64,000 nt of DNA, taken from positions 2,294,001 through 2,358,000 of the forward strand of contig NW_027191404.1 of NCBI RefSeq assembly GCF_041146345.1. The letters run 5' to 3'. Source of the stretch: Neodothiora populina (taxonomy: Eukaryota). The notes beneath the pieces are model-generated. The model made no database searches and was not told the DNA's origin. It saw only the letters and a list, made by a program, of their open reading frames with translations. Shown piece after piece: positions 36,601-49,208 of the stretch (the first letter of the stretch is position 1; every line of letters starts with the position of its first letter). A program made the translations under genes and the position numbers.

Positions 36601-39596
36601 CATGTGTTAGGATTTCGCCCAGGCATGCGAGCCGTTTCCTGCCAGACGAATATACTATCGAAGAGTCCTTCTCCTGGAGGAGCTCCCGATGTTCTTTTGA
36701 TATCCGATAGCGACACAGTACCATGTTTCATGATGTCGCGATTGTCTCCCTGTAGTTTTCGTAATATGTCGCCGAATGTCCTTGTGTCAGACATGTTAAC
36801 ACGAGTCGGCAAAGTGGACAGGATAGGCCCAAAAATGTGTTCGATATCAGCAATGGGAAGTGTTCGCCCTGAAAAGACTGTGCCGAATGTTACATCAGGA
36901 GATCCCATGTACATGCCGAGTAGATAAGTAAAGGCTGCCTGGAAGAACACATGGGTACTGACACCCATTTTATGTGCAGCCTGTCTGGTGATTGACATGT
37001 CGATATTCATCTCGTAATGTGCTACGTCCAACGATCCCGCTAGATGTTTATCTCCCGTCAGAGACGGCAAGTGGCTTGGAACAACGCCAGAAAGATAGTT
37101 GCTCCAGAATTCGAGGGACTCTTCTTGCGAGTCCCGAGAAAGTGAAAGCTCTAAGTAGAACTCATTGATAGCTTTGAAGCTAGGTCGGTCGCTAATTCTA
37201 CGTTCGTGAATGCTATCATTGAGATCATCGATCAAAATCTCGATGGACCATTGATCGTAAAGGGCGTGATGCAGTTGAAACAATATCCGCAAAGCACCAT
37301 TGTCCTGCTTGTACTGGATCATCAATGGGTATAATAGCGTTGCAGGGTCATCGATGGAGAAAGAGAGATTGAATTCCTCCACCGCTTGGATTTGTGATTC
37401 GTCGATATGTTGTCGTGTCAATTGCGAGTACGTGCTGAGTGAAGTGCCTGATAGACAAAAGCCAGAGCGTAACAAGGGATGGCTTTCAGCAAGGCGGATA
37501 AGATGTGACCTCATTTCTATCATATCCATTCCATACGACAGAGATAATTCGAACGAATTACAATAGGCCCTAGGATCTTGATTTGTTTCTGATAGCATGG
37601 CGTCTTGCACTGGCGTACACGGCAGTATTTCCTGTATTTGTGCCCTATCATAATCAACAAGAAGGTTGTCGTAAGTATGCTGCCTGATGCTATCAAGAGC
37701 TTGACTCATTGCCTGCGCGAGCTCTCGATTTGTCGCAGGTAGTGAAGAACTTGCATCAAGTAAGCTTTGAAGATCCCGTGCGGTCGAAGATGCTAAAAGA
37801 TCAAGTGCACTGATTGATGTAATACCTCCCTTTCGAAGTTCTGAGGCAACTTGGATTGCCTTGAGCGAATCAAGCCCCACTGTTCCGAGATTCGTTGAAA
37901 CACTAACTTCGACATGCAACACACGATGCAATGTTTGTAAGATGTTCATGAGACCTGCTGAGATACTGTCGTGATCTACAACTGATGCCGTGACTCGTGA
38001 CTTGTAGTTTCCTTCGAGCGTACGTTTGTCAACTTTTCCGGAGGGTAGATAGGGGAAATCGTCCAGGAGAACAACATCGCTAGGTATCATGTACTTCGGC
38101 AGCCATTTGCGACACGCAGTTTGTAGGTCATCGGTCGTCACGGAGCTGTCTTCGACTACGCAGAATACAATAAGTTGCCCTGAGATAACACTGGCAACAA
38201 CTGCATGACACCCTTGCACCTTCGACGCAGCGTGTTCAATCTCTCCCAACTCGATTCGCTGTCCTCGAAGCTTGACTTGTCCACTCGAGATACGGCCGTG
38301 ACATTCCAAGACGCCATTTGGAAGTAGACGTGCCTTGTCGCCAGTCCTATAAAGACTTCCGAATGTGGGATGGGAGACAAAGACCGAACGTGTTTGCTCA
38401 TCCCGGTTGAGATATCCAGAAGCCAGCTGATGTCCACCGACCACAAGCTCGCCAATTTCTCCTTGTGGTAGTATTTCAATCGTGTTAGCCAGCTCAGCAG
38501 ATTCCGCAGGTTTGACCACGAAGCAGGATACGGTGTCAAGTGGCACGCCAATTGTTCCAGCAGGCATGTCGACACCAAAACTCGGCTGCAGCGTGCAATG
38601 TATTGCAGCTTCGGTGGGTCCATACATGCCGTAAAGTATGCTAGATTGCAGGCCCGATCCGGCGAACTCCTGAATCACTTGCGGGTTCAACATTTCACCG
38701 ATAGTCAGCAGCATTTTGAGAGTCGGTACATTATTCCTGCTTCGGACAAGACTCGCTGCAACAGTAGGTGTCAATTCCGCCGCATCAACGTTCAGGGCTG
38801 TAATAGTGCCCGGAAGGTCACTCAGTAGTCGGCCGCGCTCGCACGAAATGAGGGTCCGACCCCTCATCCAAGGAAAGAATATCTCAAATACACTGACATC
38901 AAAAGTTGGACTAGCGAATTGAAGAAAGCGGTCGAAAGGTGGGATGTGCTTGTCATGGGCTAGAAGAGACTGAGACACAGCCAAATGAGGAAGGCATACA
39001 GCTTTCGGCAAGCCTGTACTGCCAGAAGTGTACATGACATACGCAAGAGCGTCCTCTGGCAGAGAAGTCGGCAATGAGATATGTCCATATTCGGATTTCA
39101 GATCGTCCTCGTCGACAACGATGACATTCACATCATCCAGCACCGGCAAACTTGAACGCAAGGCAGAAGTAGTTAACAGAGTTCCTGCCTGCGTATCTTT
39201 CAAGATGAACTTCAATCGATCCTCCGGGATGTCCAGATTTATGGGACAGAACGCAGCTCCAGTTTTCAGAATGGCCAACAGTGATATATACAGCGAGGGA
39301 CACTGTGTTATGTATAGCGGAATGATTTGGTACTGATGGCCTACGTTGCTGCCCCAACTTTGCACAATTCGTGATGCCAGCCGCTCAGCTTCGGCGTGAA
39401 GTTTCTTGTACGAAAACCAGATCTGTTTCCCATCTGCATTCGTGTACTCAAGTGCAACTCCATCATGTTGCGGACCAGCGATCAGGAAATGTAACAAACT
39501 TGGTCCGTCGAGTGGTTTGGGATTTGGATTAAGAATCGAAAGTGAGTCGTCCATATAGACACCGTTATACACGGATTCCGTAGATGGACTGGGCAT
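24648..39596 (-). CDS. sidC: Ferrichrome/ferricrocin-type siderophore NRPS (SidC/NPS2 family, ~4,923 aa), domains A-T-C-A-T-C-T-C-A-T-C-T-C-T-C; exons 39596-33342, 33289-33225, 33169-24868, 24797-24648
   Basis: Three A domains (YTSGSTGLPK, FTSGTTGQPK, YTSGTTGLPK; YGPTE/YGPSE; YRTGD/YRSGD; KLRGQRIE/KLRGQRLE). Six T motifs (GLDSL, GLDSI, GLDSI, GLSSI, GLDSV, GVDSI). Six C motifs (HHALYD/HHALFD/AHALYD). No TE domain. Three GT..AG introns join the two giant ORFs in frame, and sidA is nearby. Confidence 0.93.
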
Positions 39597-40219
39597 GTTG
39601 CTGCGATCGCAGGAAGATTATCAACAAGTGCATCAACTGTCAGAAAAAAGAAGTCATCGAGCAAGGTATGTACAACTCAAAGTGAAGGCAGGTACACCGC
39701 TGTTGACCTGAGCAGCCACAAATACGCGATTTTGCAGCGAAGCACGTTTTCCCGTAGCATCGCAGGAAATACTGATCATCCAAAAAGATTGTCAAACACC
39801 CCCATCTAGTACGACACGTGTAGGCGTATTCAGCGCGGCGCTTCAATGCGCTTTGTGGTCCTTCCAAATCATAATGGTCACAGTCATACATCAAAGGGTC
39901 ACACGCTAAGAATTGGAGCATCTTCTACGTATGCCAGCTAACCCTTAGTGGAGGTCGGGACTAGTTAAAGGCACACTCCCCAGTGCAAAAGAGCTCCTCT
40001 CATCCACGTGGTGGCCCAGTATGCCACTGATCATATGTAAAGATCTCCGAGGTCGAATATAATAGTCTCTCTCTGATCCAGAAGTCTCGACGAAGGTTTG
40101 ATGTTGCACAGCGACACCTGACTTATGACACATCGCCCATGCAGATCATCTTGCGTTGCACCGACATTTTGACCTTCCTCGTTCGCGGGTCCAGTGTAGA
40201 GTGTTTCCGTCATTGGGTA

Positions 40220-40706
40220 ATCTAATCTGATTTTTCTTCGGTAATGCGCTAGTGAGAGATTGCATATGAAACGCGATATCGGGACATCTAATCTGATCCG
40301 CAGCGCTCTTGACGCGCTCCGACAACGGCTAATCTAATCAGATATTAGTAGTGGATCGCAAGTCTCGGCAGAGTGCACTCGTAACATCGTCAATCTTTTG
40401 CCCCATTCAAACACTCAGGTACCGCTGGATAGTCATGGCTGAGGTAGACGTACCGTATAACGGCCTTCTCTGTAAAAATGTATAACCTCCACTCATGTCT
40501 GAAATGGATAGTTACCACACGTCACAGGATATCGATGTCAGGAGTGCCGTGCCGTGGATCTCCTCAATCAGCAACGTGCGACGATCGTACGCGCGAAGTG
40601 AAGATGCTTCGAAGCTAAGTTCTGCCAGCCGCGTCACTAATTTGAAGTTCTCGAAAAATTGTGTAATACGCTTTCTTACGGTGTACCACGATGTGGGTAA
40701 TCAGAT
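40220..40706. promoter_or_regulatory. Cluster of SreA-like GATA elements ATCWGATTA(GAT) in the NRPS/ABC divergent promoter
   Basis: ATCTAATCTGAT at 40220-40231 and 40286-40297, ATCTAATCAGAT at 40332-40343, and TAATCAGAT at 40698-40706. All read ATCWGATTA on the - strand. Confidence 0.65.
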
Positions 40707-41007
40707 GGAGATCTTACTTAGGCGTCAACAGTGCGAAGTCCTTCTCATGTACTACGCTGGTGTGCTACCTACACGTGACACCATCTCATGAGTCTTTCCT
40801 ATGAGAAAAATGATGATTTCCTTGATTCACTCGTGAAACGTATTTGTCCAATTGCTTCTGAGCTTCTCAGCGTGTCAAAATACGGAATGACGACAATACA
40901 TTCTTAGAGATCAGCGCCGTCGTGATATCTCGCCCTCCAACGGCAGACCTGTGCATTGCAACACACGCTGTCTCGACTACACCTGACTTCTAGTCAAGTC
41001 CAGAAGT

Positions 41008-44000
41008 ATGCGAAAGGATGTTCGCCACGATGCTGGAAGAGAAGGCAGAGGGCCTTCTCAGACTTACGAATGTAGCAGGATGAGGTCAAGAAGCGTCGAG
41101 AGAAATGTGGATAGGAATACGGACATCGAACTTCAAACCCTTAACAACGCGCAGACAGCGTCTCCGCCATGGCGTACGGAATTTGTTGCGATATCTCGGA
41201 AGTGCGTTCGACAGATCTGTGGCAAAAATCCTTTCAAAGTATCCTATCTTTCACTCTTCTGGCCGCTCAAGAGTGCCAGCGAGCGCCTAACACTCCTCGC
41301 TGGCATTCTCTTCGCGATTGCAGCTGGTGTGCCACTGCCAATCATCGGTCTTATTTTCGAAAAGATCATCAATTCTTTTCCTCCCTCGGAACACGAACTT
41401 CACACGGCTCTTGTACAACTTATGGGGGTGGCTGTTGGCTACTTCGCAGTAACGGCTGGGTATACAATCTGTTGGGGGTTGACTGGAGAGAGACTTTCCA
41501 GGAAGTTGCGTGAGATGCTGGTTCAACGACTCCTGGGTTTGGATCAGGCTTTTTTCGATGTCGAGAACCCAGATGTGACAAATTTACTCACCGAGAAGAT
41601 CGAATTGATCCAGATCGGTACTTCAGAGAAAGTCGGCATTTTCATTCAATCCATCAGCTATTTCGTTGCGGCTTTCGTTGTTGGATTCATTCTGAATGCA
41701 AAATTGACTGGAATCCTTCTTGCTGCTGTCATTCCACTCATGATCACGATCGTTGTTGTCGGCTCCTCTAGAGTGGCCAAATACGCCAGAGCAGCGTCGG
41801 AGTACACAGAATCAGCTGCCAGAATTGCCGAGGGTTCCATCGACGCGGTCCGAGTCGTCCAAGCATTTGGCATGGCTGATCGCTTGAGTGATGAACATAG
41901 TCGTCTGCTGCGTCTTGCTGCTCGTTTTGCGATACGAAAGTCCATGGCAGGCGCGATCATGCTTGGTTGTGTCTATTTCGTTGCATATGCTGCTAATGCT
42001 TTGGCATTCTGGGAAGGGTCCAATATTGCGATCGCGACTGAAGCCCATAATGCCGGAACAATCTACGCAGTTGTCTTCCTCATCCTTGACGCGGCATTCG
42101 TGGTCGGACAGTTTGGCCCCTTTTTGGGTGTCTTTGCAACTGCGGCCGCTTCCGGAGAGAAGATCTTCGCGATACTGGATCGGCCGCAACCTGACATAGA
42201 TGTCTACTCGACCCAAGGCAGTACACCGGATGAAAATACTATGCACTCAGATATATGCTTTAATAGCGTTTCATTTGCCTATCCTGCCAGGACTGCTGTG
42301 CGAGCTCTTGAAAGTCTGGATCTTACACTGGAAGGTGGGGCGATGAATGCTATTGTAGGTCCCAGTGGTTCCGGCAAGAGCACATTTGTTTCACTCCTCC
42401 TCAGGTTATACGACGTGTCGTCGGGTAAGATAACCATTGGCGGTCACGACATATGTGACTTCAACATTACGGGTCTGAGAAATTATATTTCCTTGGTCGA
42501 CCAGGAATCCGTAATCTTCTCAGGCTCGGTGCTCGACAATATCCGACATGGCCTCAATGATTCTTCCTTGACCACGAACCAGGTCGAAGAGTTGTGCAAT
42601 GAAGCTGCAGAGGCTGCAAACCTGGACTTCGTTGAGTATCTCCCGGAGGGAATGCACACACAAATTGGGTTAGGTGGAAATGCCCAACTCTCGGGCGGCC
42701 AAAGACAACGTATATGTCTGGCACGCGCGCTTGTAAAAAAGCCTTCTATACTCCTGCTGGACGAACCAACATCTGCCTTGGATGCTACCAGTGAACGCCT
42801 CGTTATGGATTCCGTTCGCAGGGCAGCTGCAAATGGCACCACAGTCGTTATGGTAGCGCATCGACTCTCGACAGTCATGGATTCGAAGAAAATCGTGTTG
42901 ATGGGCGCCGGACAAGTGATTGAACAAGGAAGTCACGACTATCTGATTGGGCTCGACGGTGCCTATAAGAATCTTGTACATGCTCAGCGCCTTGGTGAGA
43001 CCTCATCAGACGAGTCGGAGGACGAGGTGTCAGAACGTCTTTCACGCGATACGGTAACACCTGGAGAGAAACAGAAGCTGAGCTCTGTAGAAGAGAAATA
43101 CACCCCGCTTCGGCAAGCAGAAAACCAAAGCGAGACCAGATCTGGATTCTTCTATCTATTGGGAAGATGCTTGAAGCTCGCAAGATCTGATTCGCTATTG
43201 GTGTATGCAGGCCTGATAGGCTCGCTTGTCTCAGGTGGAATCATACTGGGCGAGGCAATCATATTCGGCAATCTTGTGACACTGCTCAATGGAGACATCC
43301 AAAGCCAAAACTTCAGAGATCGCGCGGACTTTTTTTGCCTGCTTTTTTTCGTCCTCTCATTGATCGCACTTGTATCCTACTCATTGAGTGGGTGTGCTTT
43401 TGGTGTAGTGTCGGCACACTTCGTTGCGAAGGTTCAGAATATCTCACTGAGAAGCATTCTGCGACAAGATATGCAGTGGTTCACGGGACAATCCGCATCT
43501 TCGCTGATGACTAGTCTCAGTTCTGATGCTGGACAACTGAGTTGTCTTTCAGGCGTTGCGCTTGGAACCATATTCACTGTCGCCACGTCTGTCATTGGTG
43601 GCATGATCCTAGCTCATGTGGTCGCGTGGAAGATTGCTATTGTGCTTCTCGCCGCTGTTCCGGTCATGGTGCTTGCCGGCTATGTCAGGCTACGCGTTCT
43701 TGCGCTGTCAGAAGCTAGACACAGGTCAGCTTACAACGATGCTGCATCGATTGCCGCTGAAGCATGCCGCGCGATCAGAACGATTGCAGCGATTGGCAGA
43801 GAGCGCGGAACGTACGAGGCTTATGCAGCGGCGATCAAGAAGCCATACGACCATGGCATTCGTTTCACATTCATTGCAAACACGTTACTGGCCTTGTCCT
43901 TCTCCATAACCTACTTCGTCTATGCACTTGCCTACTGGTGGTGAGTAACCTCTGATGTGCCCAGATATGTTCATCCTTTGCTGACAAGACTCAGGGGTGC

Positions 44001-44997
44001 ACGCCAAGTTCGTGAAGGCACTTACGGCCAACTTCAGTTCTTTATTGTTCTACCAGCTCTTCTATTCTCAGCTCAAAGTGCTGGACAGGTGTTCAGTCTA
44101 TCACCCGAGATGTCGCGAGCTGGTGTCGCGGCGCGGAACGTCTTCGCTCTGCACGACCAGAAGCCCACGATCATTGATACGAATAACAAGACTAGCGATT
44201 CCATATCAACTCTTGATTCGTCAACTAAGTCCGGAAAAACTCTTGCTGTCTGTAATGGTCAGATCGACTTGGTGGATGTCAGTCTATGCTATCCATCGAA
44301 GCCTAACGCGCCAGCTGTCAAGAATCTCAACATAGCAATCAAGCCAGGCGAATTTATTGCATTTGTTGGCCCTAGTGGTGCTGGCAAATCCACCATAATA
44401 TCGCTTCTTCAGCGCTTCTACGATCCCACTTTCGGCACAGTCAAAGTCGACGGAGAAGACATTCGTAAAGTCCCCGTTGAGTGGCATAGAAGTCGTCTGG
44501 GACTAGTACCCCAAGAACCAGACTTGTTTCCGGGTTCTATATCATACAACATCGGTCTTGGTGCTGCCCCAGGCCAGCAAGTCACCGATGACAAGATTAT
44601 AGAAGTCTGCAAACGATGTGGGATCCACGATTTCATCATGAGTTTACCAGAAGCTTACAATACAGAATGTGGCACAAACGGATCTAAGCTCTCTGGCGGT
44701 CAGCGGCAGCGCGTCGCAGTGGCAAGAGCCTTGATTAGGTCGCCACAGGTGTTGCTGCTTGATGAGTATACATCTGCGCTAGACGCTCACAGTGAACAGC
44801 ACATCAAGAAGGCCGTGGACGGCGCCGCTGAAGGAAGGACGACAATTGTGGTAGCGCATCGTCTTTCGACGATCCAAAATGCTACCAGAATCTACGTATT
44901 CGATGATGGAGAAGTCCAGGAAGTCGGCACACATGATCAGCTAGTAGCTGCAGGCGGACTATATGCGAGCCTGGTAAAAACGCAAACGCTGTCGTGA
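41008..44997 (+). CDS. Full-length ABCB/MDR-type ABC transporter (TMD-NBD-TMD-NBD, ~1,311 aa); intron 43941-43994; start may be 41008 or 41080
   Basis: Walker A GPSGSGKS and GPSGAGKS, signature LSGGQRQR twice, Walker B LLLDEPTSALD/LLLDEYTSALD, and AHRLST switch twice. Confidence 0.93.
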
Positions 44998-45000
44998 ATT

Positions 45001-45860
45001 TAATCAGATGGTGGGAATTATTTTTGTTTAGTAAAGCAAGGCGTTCAGGAAAAAGCAATAATGTTCGACTAGTGACTGGAGAAAAGGGTTGTGTTCAATC
45101 TGCTACTGAATGCGAAGTGCTTCACTAAACAATGGCAATCTGTATGCAGCCTATTGCTGTCACCAGAGCCCTAGCGTCTCGTGTTCATATGACCTACAAA
45201 CAAGGCAGACGGGTGTATCTAGTGACTCCGAATATGCGAACGTAAACAGATCAAGATCAGGCATCTACAGTACAAGAAATAGTCACGTACTGCACTATGC
45301 GAGTGAATGAAAAGTGGCGTCAGTACTTGACTGTATGGCTGCATGCGGCGCCCGAGGTCGTATGCACGATTAAGTAAGAGGTCTTGCCCACGGCAAATTT
45401 TCTGCAGATGGATCGTTTGTGCTGCAGGTGATAGTCTGACCTGATGCGCCAGCCACGTTGAAGACATGCTGGCGATCTTTCAAAGTTTCACCGTGATCCA
45501 AGCAAGGTGTGCAGTAGCACTCGAGTGGTAGAGCACAGAGAGCGACCGTGCCTGTCGCGTGCATGGTACTAGAGTAACAGGGAGTCTCCGTGATCGCGAC
45601 GGAGGCATGTCGGCTTGCTACGGAACGATGATTGTGGAGCCCTGCGGATCAGATTATAATTTTGATCGTTGATTGATAACTTTTTTTTGACTCAAAGCTG
45701 CTTCTCTCGTCTCGGCAGCTCGAGCGGGTCGCTACATGTAGTCGCAAGGGGCCACGCCCAGTATTGATACAGAGCACCGCATGTCCGTGCTTCAGACTTT
45801 TGCTGAAGATCTCTCGTCATCACCTTCCGCTTCGCCTGATTTCATCGCATCTGATTAGAT
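45001..45860. promoter_or_regulatory. SreA-like ATCWGATTA elements upstream of sidA
   Basis: TAATCAGAT 45001-45009, ATCAGATTA 45648-45656, TGATAA 45674-45679 and ATCTGATTAGAT 45849-45860. Confidence 0.6.
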
Positions 45861-46629
45861 TTTTTTTTCATGGACTAAAAGTCAACTACCAGCAACCCAC
45901 CAAGGCGCACTGACGGCGTAGCTGTTACATGTTCATAGCCAAACGATTGGTGACCGCTCATATCACTCCCGAGCTTACGACGAGTGAGAAATGTAATCAC
46001 GCGATTGTGAAGACTAGTTCCGAGGCAGTAATAGAGTAAAAAAGAGCTAAAGACTCGGGCATGCCCAGTCGCATTTGACTTGGACCTCTAGATGTTTCCC
46101 AACTGCTAAGCTTTCGATTGCCCCTCCATCCATCTTGGTACATCTGTCAGTCCGTCTATCGTCGTCGTACAACATACTTTGAACAGGTACAAGTTCCTGA
46201 CTGCAGGCTACCTGAGTCGCACATTCGGGCGTTGGAAATACTCGGGCAAATTTGGAATTCAGCAATCGCACCAATCACTTTGTCTGCATACTGCAGACTC
46301 AGGTCTCTGCCGTCATTACCTTGACTGCCATTTGCGGGGTGTGTTGACGTAGAGAGCTCGACTCACTGAAACCTTTGCCTAGGCATACAGTGAAGGTACT
46401 GATTGGTCCACCACGCGTGTTGATCTCGCATACTAGCACAAAGGTACGGAGCCGGGTCTATGGCACCATTTTCCTTCTGAATCGCATATATACTGTACTG
46501 TACTGTACAAGATGATAAGGTCATTGCAATCGCTCCTTCGCAGCCCACTGATGACGTGCGCAACAGACAGCAAATACTTGAGACAAACTGCTATCAAACA
46601 TACAGTAGTGCATGTGCATTAAGGTAATC

Positions 46630-48295
46630 ATGTCTCCTCACGCGGAACACCCAGACTCCCCACAAGTGAATGCTTGGACAAGCAACGGCACAAGCGACTA
46701 CGCAGGTGTAGGAGGCGCCGAAGGTGCCATGTCCAGACAAAGATGTCTGCTGCGTCGTACGCCTCAGTTGGAAGTCCACGACCTGGTGTGCATTGGATTC
46801 GGCCCAGCTTCTCTGGCAATCGCAGTTGCTCTCCATGATGCTTTGGAGGCTCAGATAACGAGCAACGGCCCTGAGCTCAAGACGCCCAACCCCAAGGTTG
46901 CTTTCCTTGAGCGCCAGCCACGGTTTGCCTGGCATGCGGGCATGCAGATTCCTGGCGCGAAGATGCAGATTTCTTTCATGAAAGATCTCGCTACCTTCAG
47001 GAACCCTCGCAGCGAGTTCACATTCATCAACTACCTGTTCCAGAACAACCGTCTTGTGCAGTTCACGAACTTGAGCACCTTCCTACCAAGGCGCGTTGAG
47101 TACGAGGACTACATGAGATGGGCTGCTGGCTATTTCGAGGATGTGGTTTCATATGGCGAGGAGGTCGTTGATGTTAGAGCCGACGAGACCGCAAAGGGCT
47201 CCAGAGCGGTGTCGAGCTTCACTGTGATTTCCAGGAATATTGTCACCCGCGAGCTCAGCCAGCGCCGCGCGAAGAATGTCGTAGTCGCTGTTGGTGGCAG
47301 ACCGAAGATACCCAAGACTCTGCCCCAGAACCATCCCCGAGTAATCCACTCGTCTCAGTACTGGACTGTCTCTTCTCGCATCTTCCCTGACAAGAACCAA
47401 CCCTTGAGGATCGCTGTGATTGGTGGTGGCCAGAGTGCTGCCGAGATCTTCAACAACATTACCGAGCAGTTTCCTAACTCGCAATCAGTTCTGCTTATCA
47501 AGGGTGCTGCCCTGAGACCCAGTGACGATTCCCCTTTGTAAGCCATGACTTGATCTTCCTTTTGAAGCGGCTCTTGCTGACCAACGTGCAGTGTCAACGA
47601 GATCTTCGACCCGGATCGTGTAGACGACATTTATTCCCAGGACCCCGAAGTCCGTTCTGCCGCCATTGCTTTGGACAAGGCCACCAACTACGGTGTCGTG
47701 AGAATCGAGCTTATCGAGCACATCTACACTCAGCTTTACACCCAGCGCCTGAAGTACGAGAACGAGGAGGAGTGGCCACAAAGACTGCTCAACCACCGCA
47801 CTGTCGAGAGAGTGACCGACCTGGCTGACAGTCGCATCCGCCTCCACATTCGCAACGACACAAACAAGTACAGAGCCAGCAGGGGTCCCGTCGAGGAGAC
47901 GCTCGACGTCGATCTCGTCATGGTCGCCGCTGGCTACGAGCGTGACGTTCACGAGGATATCCTCAAGAATGTGAGACACCTCATGCCCGGCGGTGATGTA
48001 GCTGGCCAGCGCTGGTCGGTTGGCAGAGATTACCGCGTCAAGTTCGGCGACAACGCCGTGGCGAAGGACTCGGGTATCTACCTGCAAGGATGCAACGAGA
48101 AGACTCACGGAGTAAGTTGCTTTCCGTTCGTTTTGATCAACCAGCAAACAGATCTGACCTTTTTTGGTGTAGTTGAGCGATTCGCTTCTTTCTGTGCTCG
48201 CCAACCGTGGCGGCGAGATGGTGGAATCCATGTTTGGTCTGCACGATGACGAAGCTTCCAATGCAGTCGAGGCTGCTGACAGCTTACGCATTTGA
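46630..48295 (+). CDS. sidA: L-ornithine N5-monooxygenase (~516 aa); exons 46630-47537, 47592-48111, 48173-48295
   Basis: FAD motif DLVCIGFGPASLA, WHAGMQIPGAKMQISFMKDLAT, NADPH motif IGGGQSAAE, PSDDSPFVNEIF, DKATNYGVV, THGLSDSLLS. Confidence 0.96.
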
Positions 48296-49172
48296 GAGGA
48301 GCAGACAAGACCTTCGACCCGTGATTCAAATGGCGTTGGTGTGTGCTGCGTGTGAGGTGTGAGTGTGTGTCACCACACCGGATGATTGCTACTATTCCCC
48401 GGTTTTACCCCTCATCCTTCTACGTCTTGAGGATGTTCGCTTGTTGTTTCGTGTTGTCGTTCCATGGGCTCACGAAAGGGCATCTATTTTAGATTTTTAT
48501 GACTTTCTGGATTCTCTCATCATGAACTAGAAAAAAGAAAAAGCCTCTGGAATTTATTTGTTTGTTTATTTATTTGTTCGTCCAACAGCTTCTTGTTCTT
48601 CCCTGGATATCTCCCCCCTTGTTAGCTACCCAGTATATATACAGTACGCATATACTAACAACCCTTGTTCCAACCACTGTTCCGCCTTATCGCTGCTGCT
48701 TTCACCAATGACTATGGAACAAGACACACGTCTGCTACACCAACAGCCTGGTTCGCGCTGTGTGTCACGTACAATGAGAGCCATGTATGTACAATAAGAG
48801 CCGCCATCCGCCAAGGATAAGGAACAACACAGCAAGGCCCAATCCCTCACGCACGCAGTAAGAAACAGAAGTACAAGACCTTGCAGACGCACATGCATGC
48901 AGACGTACTGTACTGAAGATGCAGCCCCACTGGATCGTCCGGACGTCCCTGCTTTTGCACCTTGTCTGTCTGGATCCGTCCCTGCCATCTCTCCGTCCCT
49001 GCTCCTGCGTCTCGACCACAGCAGTCTGCATCTGCACCTGCACCTGCATATACCCAGGACAGCCCTGTGACTTGTACGATAGCCCTATACTATGGTCTTA
49101 TAAGCTCCGTGGACATTAAGCTTATAGGCTGATAAGCTTATAAGCATACAGGCATATACGCTTGGAAATCTG

Positions 49173-49208
49173 CTTGTCTTGTCTTGTCTTGTCTTGTTAT
49201 GTCTTGTC
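49173..49208. repeat. (CTTGT)n microsatellite
   Basis: cttgtcttgtcttgtcttgtcttgttatgtcttgtc. A similar tract lies at ~58202-58219 just before the TFB2 ATG. Confidence 0.7.

Noticed and set aside
40810..40861. C-box ATGATGA ... D-box CTGA, a possible C/D snoRNA
   Set aside because: Only ~52 nt, with no terminal stem and no recognisable rRNA guide.
25300..45000. Weaker codon bias and lower GC in the NRPS and ABC genes than in flanking housekeeping genes (possible horizontal transfer)
   Set aside because: Judged by eye only. It is typical of large, conditionally expressed fungal genes, the introns are host-like, and there are no mobility signatures.
48296..48355. Stop-codon readthrough extension of SidA
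   Set aside because: The context is TGA GAG rather than the leaky TGA CTA, and the extension does not end in a PTS1.
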